Shown here: positions 25,037 through 37,107 of the stretch, one piece after another
Layout: each line of letters opens with the position of its first letter
How positions within the stretch are numbered: position 1 is the stretch's first letter
DNA from: Marsupella aquatica
Taxonomy: Eukaryota; Plantae; Marchantiophyta
Length of the DNA: 64,000 bases
Direction: 5' to 3'
Assembly (NCBI GenBank): GCA_973895155.1
Contig: OZ316893.1
Span: forward strand, 16,522,645 to 16,586,644
Program-made: the position numbers and the translations under genes
The notes under the pieces: model-generated
What the model saw: the letters and a program-made list of their open reading frames with translations, nothing else
Databases searched by the model: none
What the model was told of the DNA's origin: nothing

Positions 25037-28000
25037 CTACTTGTGATGCAATTGCAAAACCTGCAATACGTCACGGTGTCTAGAGAAACTCTCCAAAGGA
25101 ATCACTTTGGTAAATGCGTCAGCCGGGTTGAGTTTACCATCAATCTTGACTAGCTCAAACAAATTATCAGACACAGCCTGCCTGATAAAATGGTACCTGA
25201 CGTCAATGTGCTTCACTCTACTGTTCATCACCTGGTTCACAGCAAGGTGGAGCGCACTTTGACTATCACAATGGAGCTTCACATTCCCCTGTGGCAATCT
25301 CATTTCAGTGATAAGTCTATCCAACCAAATTGCTTCCTTTGTTGCTTCCGCAGCTGCAACATACTCCGCTTCTGTAGTAGACTGAGCAATACACTTCTGC
25401 AAAGTAGACCTCCAACTTATGCATCCACCGCCAAGTGTGAACACGTATCCTGTTGTTGATCTCCTTCGGTCCAAATCTTGTCCATAGTCAGAATCTACAT
25501 AGCCAATCAATGATCTAGCATTCTTTGCATTCGCATCAAATAAAAGACCATGATCCACGGTACCCTTCAAGTACCTGATAATCCACTTCACTGCTTCCCA
25601 GTGTACCTTCCCTGGATTCGACATGTACTGGCTTGCTATTCTCCATGTTGAACCTTGCAATTACCTTCCTCGCATAACTGCTCTGCGTCAACCATAGCTT
25701 GCCAGCCTCCAAGTCCCTAGTGATCTCCATACCCAAAATCCTCTTAGCTGGCCCTAAGTCCTTCATCTTAAACTCTGCACTAAGTAGTGCCTTGAGCTTA
25801 ACAATCTCAGACCTATCCTTGGCTGCAATTAGCATGTTATCCACATAAAGTACTAAAACAATGAACCCAAAGACAACATTCTTCACCGGTTTCAAATACA
25901 CACAAGGGTCAAATACACTTCTGTGAAAACCTTGTGACCGAATCCAATCGTCAAACCGCTTGTTCCACTGTCTTGGTGACTGCTTCAACCCATACAAGGA
26001 TTTCAGCAATCTGCAAACCAATTCCTCCTGTCCTCTCTTCACAAAACCTAGCGGTTGTCTCATGAAGATCACCTCTTCCAATGTGCCATAGAGGAAAGCT
26101 GTGACAACATCCATCTGATCTAGGAGCAGACCAAACATTACAACAAGTACACACAATAGTCGTATTGTAGAGTACTTAGCAACTGGTGAGAAGACCTCAT
26201 TATAATCCACACCTTTCTCTTGTGTGAATCCCTTTGCTACCAATCTAGCCTTGTAGACCTTCGATCCACCTCCTATGGAATTATCCTTCAGCTTGTAAAT
26301 CCACTTGCTGTCCACCACTTGCTGACCCTTAGGCAGCTTAACAAGCTCCCAAGTTTTGTTGTCCTTTAGTGACTGCATCTCCATTTGCATTGCTGCAGTC
26401 CACTTCTGCTTCTCCTTTGAAGCACTTGCCTCATGAAATGAAGAAGGTTCTCCTTCTTCCAAAATTAACGCATCACCCTCATCATCAGCTGTAAAATCAT
26501 CCTCTTGCAGTTGAGATGAATCAACCCACTGTCCATACCTTGATGGAGCGCGTACAGTGCGACCAGATGTTCTTCTAGCCGATGACTCCGGTTGATCTGC
26601 GTGTGCTGGTACAATTTGAAGCTCAACAGCATCCACTTGCTGCTCACCAGCATCAACAAACTCCTCTGGTTCCTCTGGCACAGGAACCAGCTCCATAATT
26701 GGAGCAACTCCTTCTCTCCGGTCATGCACCTCATAACCAATCTCCCCCTCAACGAGATCCGGGATAGGAGATTTTCCTTTGTTAGTACGGGAGACCTGAG
26801 TATTCTCCCCCTCCTTCAATAATCTGGATTCATTGAAGGAAACATCCCTACTGACAACGAGCTTACAGGCAATAGGATCCCATAGCCTATAGGCTTTCAC
26901 ACCACTCTGGTACCCAAGAAAAACACATTTCCTGGAGGTAGGATCCAACTTGGTCCTATTCTGCTTTGGTGTGAGAGCATATGCATCACTTCCAAAAATT
27001 ACCAAGCCATGATAGTCTGCTTGCCGCTTATAGCGCATCTCAAACGGCGTTTTGAAATTGATAGCACTAGAAGGAGAAAGATTTACCAAATAAGCTGTGG
27101 TATTGATAGCTTCTGCCCAAAATTCTTGTGGTAAACCTGATTGGCTCAACATACTCCGTGACCGCTCCAACAGTGTCCGATTGAGCCTCTCAGCGACACC
27201 ATTCTGCTGCGGAGTATAAACTGTGGTGAGATAGCGAGTTATCCCCTGTTCTGAACAGTACTCTTCAAATTCCATTGAAGTGTACTCCCCGCCGTTGTCT
27301 GACCTCAGACTCTTCACCCTTGTATCCAAACACTTGATCGTGTTTCCAGTCTGATTCTCCACCTGGGCCTTTCACTTCTTAAAAATGGACAAGACATCAG
27401 ACTTATGCGTCATGAAATAAATCCACACAAATCTTGAGTAATCATCAATAAATGATACATAGTACAACTTTCCAGAGTGTGAGGGAGTCGGGGATGGACC
27501 CCACACGTCACTATGTATGTACTCAAGAACCGCTTTGGAACGATGAGTTCCAACACCAAAAGCACGACGATGCTGCTTTCCAAGAATGCAATGCTCACAA
27601 AACTCTAATTTACAAGATTGCAAATCAGAAATGAGTCCATTCTTCCGTAAGATAGCCAAACCCTTCTCACTCATGTGGCCTAGCCGTGAATGCCACAGTT
27701 GAGTCATCTCCTCGTGAGACTTGGTTACATTGGCCTCTCCACATACAGTATTGCCCTGTAACACATACAAATTCTTTTGTCTACTCCCCTTCAAAATCAT
27801 TGTCTCTCTCGACCTGACTTGAAGTTCACCATCAATAACGCTCCATTGATGACCATTTGAATCCAACACACCGAGTGAAATCAGATTCTTACGCATGCCA
27901 GGTACATACCTGACTCCGGACACTGTGCGCACAGCGCCATCAAACATTTGAATCTTCACAGACCCAATTCCCTCAATTTGACAGGAGTGATCATTTCCCA

Positions 28001-28136
28001 TCAGAACTGAACCGTTTGAAACAGAGTAAGAACTGAAAAACTCATGAATGTAACAAATATGAAAAGAGCAAGCACAATCAAGAATCCACACATCATCTGC
28101 TCTCCTAGATGACGTGCACAGGGCATACCCCCAACT
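25037..28136 (-). pseudogene. pol: copia pol (PR, GAG-pre-integrase, integrase, RT, RNase H) of element 1
   Basis: WILDCACSFH, LWHSRLGH, IHSDVWGP, LRSDNGGEY, QQNGVAERLNRT, YKARLVAKG, YVDN (catalytic D lost), YVDSDYG, KHIDVRYHFIR. Stop at 27372 and a 173-bp deletion at 25628/25629 relative to element 2. Confidence 0.93.
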
Positions 28137-29171
28137 TCATAAAACATACTCATCATTGAGTAAATCAGCTTCTCCATCAGCCCTAGCCACATTTGCCGAT
28201 GAAGTTTCCGCTGCCTTTCCCTTACAGTCTCGCTTGAAGTGTCCAACTTGGTTGCACTTCCAACATGTCACCTGCCTCCTCTGAGGGGATTTACCCTTGG
28301 ACTTAGATCTGGATTTAGATCTAAACTGGGTTCTACGGTCCCCAGTTGGTCGCTGCATACTCCTCCCACGGTTAACATTGAGGGCAGCACCAGATGATGA
28401 AGGCTGTGACGTGATGTGCATCTTCTGCTGAAGATCATCACTAAGCAGAGAACTTACCACGTCATTGTATGAAATGGTATCCCTATCACGATGCAACAAC
28501 ACTCGTGATAGGGACTGGTAAGATGGAGGCAATGAACTAAGAAGCTGCAGAGCCTTCGTCTCATCATTCAAAGTCTCCCCAAGGTTTTCCAAGTCAACGA
28601 CCATGTCGTTGAAAGCATCCACATGGTCTTGCAACTTCGTACCAGATTCCTTCATCCTGAAACTCATCAGTTTGTAAGAAGTGTAGAGCCGGTTCGACAA
28701 CTCCTTGCGGTGATACTTGCTCTGCAATTCCGCAAACAAGGACATGCAATCCTTATGTGCACCCAACTGCTTGATGATGGGAGGCATGAGATAGAGTGTA
28801 ACACACCACACTCCCTGCTCCTGCATGCGGTCCCATTGTTTCTCATCAACATCGTCTTCACGAGGGCTCAGCAGTTGGCCCATCCCTGACGCATAAAGCA
28901 CTCCCTTCACTTGCTTCTCCCATAGCAAGTAGTCAGAGCGCCCATCATACTTTGTCACTTCATACTTGGGTCCCCCAAGCTTGAAAGTCCCCATCTTCTT
29001 CTTTACCGTGAGCTCCGGTAGTAGTACTGCTTCCTCCACCACACGCCGCACCGGTGATGGTATCGGTGTCACGTGCTCTTCCTCCTGCTCCTCTCTCTGC
29101 CCCTGAAACCTCCGCGGTGATCCTCGTGCTTCAAGTTCCACGTCTTCGAAAAACTCCTCCGAATCACTCAT
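28137..29171 (-). CDS. gag: copia Gag (344 aa, CCHC knuckle) of element 1
   Basis: Open ORF with KYDGRSDYLLW, LLSSLPPSY and CWKCNQVGHFKRDC. Ends in a TGA that is in frame with pol. Confidence 0.9.
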   Translation of the reverse strand: MSDSEEFFEDVELEARGSPRRFQGQREEQEEEHVTPIPSPVRRVVEEAVLLPELTVKKKMGTFKLGGPKYEVTKYDGRSDYLLWEKQVKGVLYASGMGQLLSPREDDVDEKQWDRMQEQGVWCVTLYLMPPIIKQLGAHKDCMSLFAELQSKYHRKELSNRLYTSYKLMSFRMKESGTKLQDHVDAFNDMVVDLENLGETLNDETKALQLLSSLPPSYQSLSRVLLHRDRDTISYNDVVSSLLSDDLQQKMHITSQPSSSGAALNVNRGRSMQRPTGDRRTQFRSKSRSKSKGKSPQRRQVTCWKCNQVGHFKRDCKGKAAETSSANVARADGEADLLNDEYVL

Positions 29172-30312
29172 ATGAGAAAGTCACAAAAAATGTTGTTTTT
29201 CACAACTTCTCAAAAAACTCAAAACTCAACACCGCCGCGTAGCCCACAAAGCTAGGAGTCCAATACTGAAAACCGAAATCAAAATCGAAATTTGACGGAA
29301 AAGTTATTCAAATTTCGGTCGAGGTGGGTAAAACCTTGGGAAACTCCCCCGTTTTGACCACTTCAGGGAATAACCGAAATACCAAGTACAACCCGTTGTC
29401 GGAATTGCGATGTGATTGGTGCGCTGCATTGCCAACTTCAATGGCTACGACCTCGCCGAAAAATAACCAAAAAAGTTACCGTTCGGCGGATGAAATCTTT
29501 GTCGGACGGTCAAAAAATAGCTCTCTGGTTTTTTTGGAATATTCTATGACCCTTGTACAGGCCCTGTGGGAATTTTGGAAGAACAATCGAGGGGCTGACA
29601 TGTGTCCTCGAACCCCCAAAACCCCCTACCACCCTTCGTCGTCGAAATCTGGTCGCGCGCGCAGAAAATACACACGGCAGAATGTACCCCTCGACACCAA
29701 ACGCAAGATATCTCACTCGGGTTTTGACGAAATCAAGATCCGATTTCAGATTTGGAAACTAGACTCCGAGGCGATGAAGATCGATATAAGAAGCACCCAA
29801 AACGAGGAAAGAACGAGGGAGAAAAAAATTGGTAAAGATGACAGATTTCTCTCAATTGCCATAGCCAATTTCGAATCAGTTTTTCAAAGAGAAAAAAATG
29901 GTACCTTGTCAACAACGAATGTTGATCAATTGCACTTGGTGCCGTCACCAAGTCCAACAAGGTAATTGATTTTGCTTAGCCTTCCTCTTTGCATCAAAGA
30001 GCCAATCCCGGACTCAAAAACAATCATCTTGCCTCAATCTCTCCGTTGAGTCAAAACACTTGACGCTTCTCCCTCCGAGTCGATTGCCAACTTTCTTCAC
30101 AAAATCCAGAATGACGAAAACTTAGATCTCTCTGCACCATGAGCTCCGTTCAACGATTTCTTCACACCGTTAGAAAGCTCTTGCCCTGATCTATCCGTTG
30201 AGCCCATAAACTCCAAGTTCCATGCGATGGAACTCTGGAAAATCCACCAACACTCAACGCTGGAAAAACCGTCATGAAATCCCGTCACGAACACACGTCA
30301 CCTCCCAAGCAT

Positions 30313-30324
30313 GCTCTGATACCA
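30313..30324 (-). promoter_or_regulatory. Primer-binding site (tRNA-iMet) of copia element 1
   Basis: TGGTATCAGAGC on the minus strand, 2 nt internal to the 5' LTR. Confidence 0.95.
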
Positions 30325-30326
30325 AT

Positions 30327-30765
30327 TGTTGAGCATAGACGACGATCGCAACGGCAAGCCCATGAACCATCCAACGCACAATAGTCGACACAAGAGATAC
30401 GTGGTTCACCTCCTTGAGGCTACGTCCACGGGAACACACAAGAGAGCTTTACTAAACTCTAAGCCCGTCGGCTATACCGAGTCTCCACAGTGTAAGTTCT
30501 CCCTATCTCTCAAGTGGCTCCATAACAATGAGCCTTGGTTCTACCTCTCCAAGCACACATGCCTCTTATGATATAGTGTGCAACTTAGTTGTACCTAACC
30601 ACATAGTTGTACCTAACCACATAGTTGTACCTAATCACGTAGTTGTACCTAACCACATAGTTGTACCTAATCACGTAGTTGTACCTAACCACGTAGTTGT
30701 ACCAACCCACGTTGTTGTACCAACCACGTCATACCTAACCTAGACGTAAGAGTAAATACCCAACA
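30327..30765 (-). repeat. 5' LTR of copia element 1 (439 bp; 8 repeat units)
   Basis: Direct repeat of 24389-24845 with about 2 substitutions seen and one fewer 18-bp unit. Confidence 0.95.
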
Positions 30766-31916
30766 TGTTGTGCCATTTGTGACGATGGTGGGGGCCTGGT
30801 CATTTGTGAGGGCCCTTGCATAGGCATTTCCACCTCAACCCGGAGTCTGACCTTGCTGCAGAAAACAACTGTCCAGGGGTGGGCCTCCCGTCAACACACC
30901 AGGGAGACTGGATGTGCACTGATTGTTTGGAGAAGCAGGCTAAGTATGCACAGTGTGGGAAGTTGGGGTCCTATGAGGGCTCTGTTGATGCTGCAGCAAA
31001 TGTTAGGAAATGTCCAGACCGTTTTTGTGTGAGATTTTTCTGTTTTGAGTGTTTGCCTGCTCATGCCACAGCTTGCCCACTTCATAGGTGCAAGGCATGT
31101 GGTGAGCATGATGATGACTACTGGACTGACATAGTCCACTGTGCTAGGTGTCCCACTATGTGGCACTATCATTGCCTGAAAGATCATCAAGCAGAGGGTT
31201 ATGCTTGTGACAGAGAAATCTATGATCACTCTGCACATGGTGTTGATCGATGGATATTTTATTGTCCCATGCCATTGATCCTACCTCGCGCACTCCTGTG
31301 AGAGATCACATATCTTGGCTGTGAAGCTGAACATTGTACATGCACAGTGCACCTGATGTGGATGTACTATTTTTTGAGATTGCAGAGATTCCAATTTTGA
31401 AAAGGAGTTGGGTAGGCGAGTTTATATAGGCAGCACTTATCTTGTGCTCTGGCGTCAGTGGCTGGGTACATGCCTATACAAACTTATCCTTACAAGCCTT
31501 CTTGGAAGTATTTAGGCTGAGTGGTCATTTTCATAAACACTTTCATCAGACTGCTAAATTAAAACAGGACTTCTAAGTTGTAAGCGTATAAATTATCAGG
31601 CATGCAATTAATCAAATTGCCCTATAAGTTTGTCATTGAATGTATCCTCCTTTACAACAAAATATGTATGTGCCATGACAAGTTGGTTGCACTTCATTTC
31701 ACCACGGATATGGATTTTGTAGTATATATTCAAACAATGTCCTGCATCCGTGCAGGTGCCTAGTACGTATTGTTCACATATCCCTTGTACCTATCAAAAT
31801 CGGACCTGAGCACCAGTGGGCTAGATCAACTCAAAAAGCAGGAATTTTGTTGTCCTTGTATTGTCAGGTGAACCCATTCTTCCAAAATTCACTGTCATCA
31901 CGTAGAGTGTGTGTAC

Positions 31917-32789
31917 ATGGAGCCTGGTAAACGTAGAAAGTGTGACCACCCAGCAGTGTTTACAGGGGTCAGAGCGATTTTGGTCCATGGCCAGCATGGG
32001 TTGACCAAAGTGCATTGGCCAACTGTACAGAAACGATTCTCTGAGCTCCATGGCACTGTAGTTCAGGACATCACTCCAGAGACTACACATGTTGTTGCAG
32101 GGACATGGCTATCAGTGATAAAGAAGTGGTCATGGTCCTACATGAATTCTGCAATTACTAAGCAAGGCCTAAAAGTAGTTGAGGCCTCTTGGATCACAGA
32201 TTCCATAGCACATAAGATTGTACAGGATACTGAGCAATATGAGTTGTGGGAGGATGAAGAAGCTTCTGCATCAGCTTGGGCTGAACAAGAAGTCTGGGAA
32301 GCAAAGGCACGGCTTGCTGATCTCCAATATGGACCTGTACTCAACAAAGGACAGAGCTCTACAAGGCTGAAGTGTATGTTGGCTGAGGAGATGAAGCAAC
32401 CAACCCCCATTCTGAAAGGGCTGAGCATGGTATTTGTGGAGGCGGGAATTGGAGAGGTTAAGTGCAAAGTGTACAAGTCCATAGTGCTTGACCTAGGTGG
32501 GACAGTGGAGGAGAATATAACAGAGGACACCACTCATGTCATTACTAAGTCATATCCCAAAGCCTGCCGCAAGTTTGGGAAGGGAGACATTCGCTTTTAT
32601 GTCATGTCCCATAATGTGTTTGTGGTTTCATATGCTTGGCTCGTGGAATCAGTAGCAGCTGGGAAGCGTCAAAACCCAATGGACTATGATCTTTTTGAGG
32701 CCTGGCCACGGAAGGGTCAGGATCCTTACAGAGAGGACTATGAGACAACAAGTGAGGAATGGGTCATTAGCGATTCTGAATCAGAGTGA
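31917..32789 (+). CDS. Tandem-BRCT-domain protein (~290 aa), CACTA passenger; BRCTs resemble the Pol lambda/PolX type
   Basis: Repeat 1: FTGVRAILV...HGTVVQDITPETTHVVA...VVEASWITDSI...EQYEL. Repeat 2: LKGLSMVFVEAG...LGGTVEENITEDTTHVIT...VVSYAWLVESV...MDYDL. Both have the BRCT G/GG, THV and WxxxS signatures. The ORF is uninterrupted. Confidence 0.82.
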   Translation: MEPGKRRKCDHPAVFTGVRAILVHGQHGLTKVHWPTVQKRFSELHGTVVQDITPETTHVVAGTWLSVIKKWSWSYMNSAITKQGLKVVEASWITDSIAHKIVQDTEQYELWEDEEASASAWAEQEVWEAKARLADLQYGPVLNKGQSSTRLKCMLAEEMKQPTPILKGLSMVFVEAGIGEVKCKVYKSIVLDLGGTVEENITEDTTHVITKSYPKACRKFGKGDIRFYVMSHNVFVVSYAWLVESVAAGKRQNPMDYDLFEAWPRKGQDPYREDYETTSEEWVISDSESE

Positions 32790-33222
32790 GGAGTAGTAGC
32801 ATCAGTTTGGACACAAGTTTTTTTGTATAAATCAGATCATTGAAATAAATGTGATCTTTGAACTAATGTACCTTGTTATGGTTGGTGGCAGTTGGGCTTA
32901 TTTTACTGTTGGCGGATTGTTGTTTCTTGCTGCCTGGGGGTGTCACTGTAAACGTACATGCAGAGGCGGTACATTTGAGGACAGCGGAGGAGGTGGTGAC
33001 ACCCTCCAACATTTAGGAATTTTGTGTCATTCACTTGACAATAGGTACACTACTTGCGAACCTGTTTTTTTCTTTTGGGGTGGTTTAGGGTTTGTGAGAA
33101 TTTAGTACACATTATGTTAACTCTTTTGGCAGATACAATCAGGGATATATGGAACACAAATACCACCATTAGGCATCCTTGTTCACTGCTGTCCATGACT
33201 GCAGAGCTCCCAGCCTGTTACA

Positions 33223-36200
33223 ATGCACCCTGGTCACCACCCTCCCCAGACCCAGCCCAGGGCACAGGCACTGCCTTTGCATCATCCCACAAGGATATCA
33301 CGCCATGATAATAAGCTTTGGCAGCGTGAAAGGTTACGAACCAGACTTTCAGGAGCCAGTAGGATGAGATGTCCTTGTGCAATCTGCCAAGGATCCCGTA
33401 CCAGGGGTCTGAATGAGGTTTGGCGGCATATCGCGGTTCATGGAAGAGATCCACGACATCGAGTTTGGAATGATCCTGCAGAGGAAGATTCTTCCGACGA
33501 GGAGTGGAGGTTAGAATTTGATGCTGCCAATGCTGCAAGACGGGCAAGTGAGGTTCTGCCTGGTGCATTTGAAAATGTTGTAGCTGGTCTCTGTGGGTTG
33601 TCAGCTCTCCAACGGGATGGTGCTCAGGCAGCACCACGTGACGAAGGAATTCATGTGGAAGAGATGGTGAGAGACATCTTCCAAGACTTGGATGCATTTC
33701 ATGATGGGCTGGACAATGAAGAGGATACGGCTGCAGATGCAAGTGTGCCCCATGTCAAAGAGCCTCTTGATGAGTTTGAGATAGGGCAGGAAACCCCTGG
33801 GCATGATGGGATGTTTGGCTCTCCCCTGCAAATACAGGAAGGCAGGAAGTCTTTGTACCCCGGTAGCAAATGTTCTAAACTGGGATTTGTCATCATGTTC
33901 CTGAACATTTGCGGCAACCACAATGTCCCCAACATTTTGGTTTCTGAGTTGTTGGCATTCTTGCGAACAACTGTGCTACCAGATGGTAATATTTTGCCCA
34001 AGAACATGTACGAGGCAAAAAGATGCATATCTAATCTTGGATTGAACTATGATTCGATCCATGCCTGTCCTGATGGGCATGTTCTTTTCAGAAAGGAGTA
34101 TAAAGAATCGTTGACATGCCCTAAGTGTGGGAAGCACAGGTATCGGAACTCAGGAAAGTCTATGGTTCCCGCCAAGGTACTTCGTCATTTTCCACTCATT
34201 CCCAGACTTCAGCGGATGTTCAGAAGCCGTGCCATCTCGAAGATGATGACTTGGGCAACTGACAAGAAAAGTGATGATGGGCTACAACGACATGCTGCAG
34301 ATTCAAGGCAATGGAAACTCATAGATGAGATGTATCCCGAATTTGCTGCTAAGCCGAGGAATGTCAGACTTGGGCTGTCATTGGATGGGGTAAACCCATT
34401 TGGAGACAAGAACAACAAATTTTCGTGCTGGCCTGTAACTATTTTGAATTATAACCTTCCTCCTTGGATGACTACAAAGCGATTTTTTGTTCTGATGGTC
34501 CTACTGATACCAGGGCCAGACAGTGCTGTATCTGCCAACATAGATGTGTTTCTGGCTCCCCTAGTGGAGGAATTGAGAAAGCTTTGGGAGGAAGGAGTTC
34601 TCACATATGATGTCCTACAGAGGCTTGGGAGGTTAAACCCATTCATCCTTAGAGCCATTGTCATTCTGACTATAGCTGACTACCCAGCCCATGGGATGAT
34701 ATCAGGCCAAACAACAAAAGGATATTGTGCTTGTACTATCTGTGGGCGCAATGTCACCAGTGAGTACTCCAGAGCCCTGCAAAAAGTGATATACATGGGC
34801 CATCGTCGTTTTCTGAAGGCAGATCACCCTTACAGAGAAAGACAGGCACTGATTGCACACTTTGGCAATGAGATTGAGCAACGTGGACCCCCGGCATGAG
34901 TGACCAAAGAGGAGATCAGGCAGTGGGGAGCACTGAGGGATGACTATATCAAACGAGGGGGCAGGGAAGATGGAGTGAGTGATCCAATAAAGCGATAGGG
35001 TGTAAAAAGACTGAGCATATTGGACTTGGAGCTCAAGTACTGGAGGGTAAGCCTCTTGGAGTTGATGCTAATTGGGATACATGTTTTGGTTCAGAGCATG
35101 TGCATTCATTTCGAAGAGAGAGACTAAACTTGAGGCATTTGCTAACGCTTTTGCATTGCAACGGTGCAGGAGTTTGAGCCAAGCAAACATAACATTGATG
35201 TTATGCACATTGAAAAGAATATTTGTGAGAGTCTACTCAGATTCTTGTGTGGAGAGAAAGACACTGGTTCAGTGAGATTGGATCTTGAACAGAGGGGAAT
35301 GAAACCCCATCTTTGGTTGAGGCCACATGCCCACAGAGCTGATGTGCTCTTGAAATACCAAGCGCCCTATGTTCTGACAGACACAGAGTGGGAACTATTT
35401 GTGCAGAGGTTGAGTTCTTTGAAGGTTCCTTCAAACTATGGCAGTGCTTTCAAGAAGCATATCATGACTAGAAAGCTTGGTAGTATGAAAAGCCATGACT
35501 ACCATATGTTGATGCAACAGGTGTTGCCTTTATGCCTGAGGGGCCTGTTGCAGAAGCCTGTTCGTACTGTGATCATGCGACTCAGTGATGTGTTTCGTCG
35601 TATTTGTGTGAAGGTTTGGGATGAAACACACTTCCCACAACTGACAGAAGATGTCGCTCAGGTGCTGTGTGACCTGGAGATTTATTTTCCTCCCGCATTT
35701 TTTGATGTCATGACCCACCTACTTGTCCATGTTGTGGAAGAGCTACACCAATTTGGGCCTGTGAGTGCTCATTGGTTGTACCCTTTGGAACGGTACATGA
35801 AGTTACTCAAAGGTCACGTGAGAACATATTACAAACCTGAAGCAAGCATGGCTAAAGGTTACATCAAGGATGAGACTCTGGGATTTCTGACCGAATACAT
35901 AGCACAATATGAGCATGTGAAGACCAGGGTGTGGAATTCTGATGAGGAGGAAGGGGTGATAGGTGAAGTACTGGAAGGGGCTGCAACCACAAAGAACCTG
36001 ACCATATCTATGAGAGACTTGGCACATGACTTTGTATTGCACAACACTGTGGTGATGGAACCCTGGATACAGTGAGTGCATACATGTGCTATAATCCAGT
36101 TCATGAGCTTAAATGTTGTGTTCGTGTGGTTTTCTCCTTCAGCCTGTTCATGTTTACCCAAGCTAATGCTGTGTGGTTGTTCGTTCAGGGAGTATGAGTC

Positions 36201-36954
36201 ATTGAAGGCGGCCCATCCCACTGCAGGAACAACTTTTCCAGGTTTCATGGAGTGGATCAGAGTGGCAATTAGAGAGCATCACGAGACCCACCCAGACATG
36301 GATGCAGATGTTTACCTACTGTCTAATGCCCCTAGCCTGAAAGTGAAGACTTACAAACGGATGAGAGCATATGGGAATCACTTCCGAGTGAAGGATGGTG
36401 ACAGTGCCTACAGGGTGACGAATGACTGCGGGCTCATCACTGTATTTGAGCAACAGAGCCACAATCACGACAGGGCCTGGATGGAGATGGGATATGTGGG
36501 AGAATTAGTTGACATATGGGCTCTGGACTATGGGGCGGTGTCCAGTCCTGTGATTCTTATGAAAGGTTCATGGGTGCGGCAGGATTGGCTTGGTAACAGG
36601 GCTACCATGAAGAGAGACAACGACGGTTTCTTGCTGGCCAATTTTAGAGGGAAATTGCCCGAATGGTCTGAGCCATTTGTGTTTCCTAGTCAGGTGGAGC
36701 AAGCTTTCTTCCTGGATGTGGAAGACTCCCCAGGTTGGCGTGTAGTGTGTCATAAACAGGCCAGGCAACGTCGGATGGAAGGATCAAACCTTGAGTTTCA
36801 TTTACACTCTCATAGTGCCTTTGATCGTCGGCGTTCAGACCAAGTGCCTGTAGTTCATGATAGCGGGGACTTCATTCCTGTGACAAGGGTAGATGCATTT
36901 GCTGAAGGAGGCGAATTCAGAGATGCAGATGCCAACAGTGTGCCTGTGCCATGA
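33223..36954 (+). pseudogene. tnpD: CACTA TnpD transposase (Transposase_21, DUF4218, DUF4216 regions), multi-exon, with premature stops
   Basis: IHACPDGHVLF, LRHFPLIPRLQRMF, RNVRLGLSLDGVNPF, NYNLPPW, ADYPAHG, IDVMHIEKNICE, MKSHDYH, FPPAFFDVMTHLLVH, EPFVFPSQVEQAFF. TGA at 34897 and TAG near 34996. Confidence 0.93.
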
Positions 36955-37107
36955 GTAATGTGAATTGTTTGCATGGACATTAGTGAGGGGAAGGATGTGT
37001 AATAAAGTAATTCTGAAGCAACACAGATGTATGGATGGATGCCTGGTGATTGTGGTTGCATTGTGTTATACGGGGTGACCATAGATGACATGTTTTTGTG
37101 GTCCAGT

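Larger units (their letters stand above)
24389..30765 (-). mobile_element. Ty1/copia LTR retrotransposon, element 1 (defective)
   Basis: LTRs 24389-24845 and 30327-30765 (TG...CA). TSD TGTTG (24384-24388, 30766-30770). tRNA-iMet PBS, PPT, and gag-PR-IN-RT-RH domain order. Confidence 0.97.
24360..31301 (+). pseudogene. EDM2/NSD-type multi-PHD-finger gene inside the CACTA, split by copia element 1 and frameshifted
   Basis: Removing the copia element gives QIFQKAAHCCAICDDGGGLVICEGPC. After a 1-nt frameshift at ~30819 it reads HRHFH...WMCTDCLEK...CGKLGS...CPLHRCKAC...HCARCPTMWHYHCL...IFYC. This is colinear with the EDM2 PHD cassette as I recall it. Confidence 0.75.

Noticed and set aside
29324-29965. 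213-aa antisense ORF in the copia leader
   Set aside because: Broken by an indel and a stop in element 2, with no recognisable domain.
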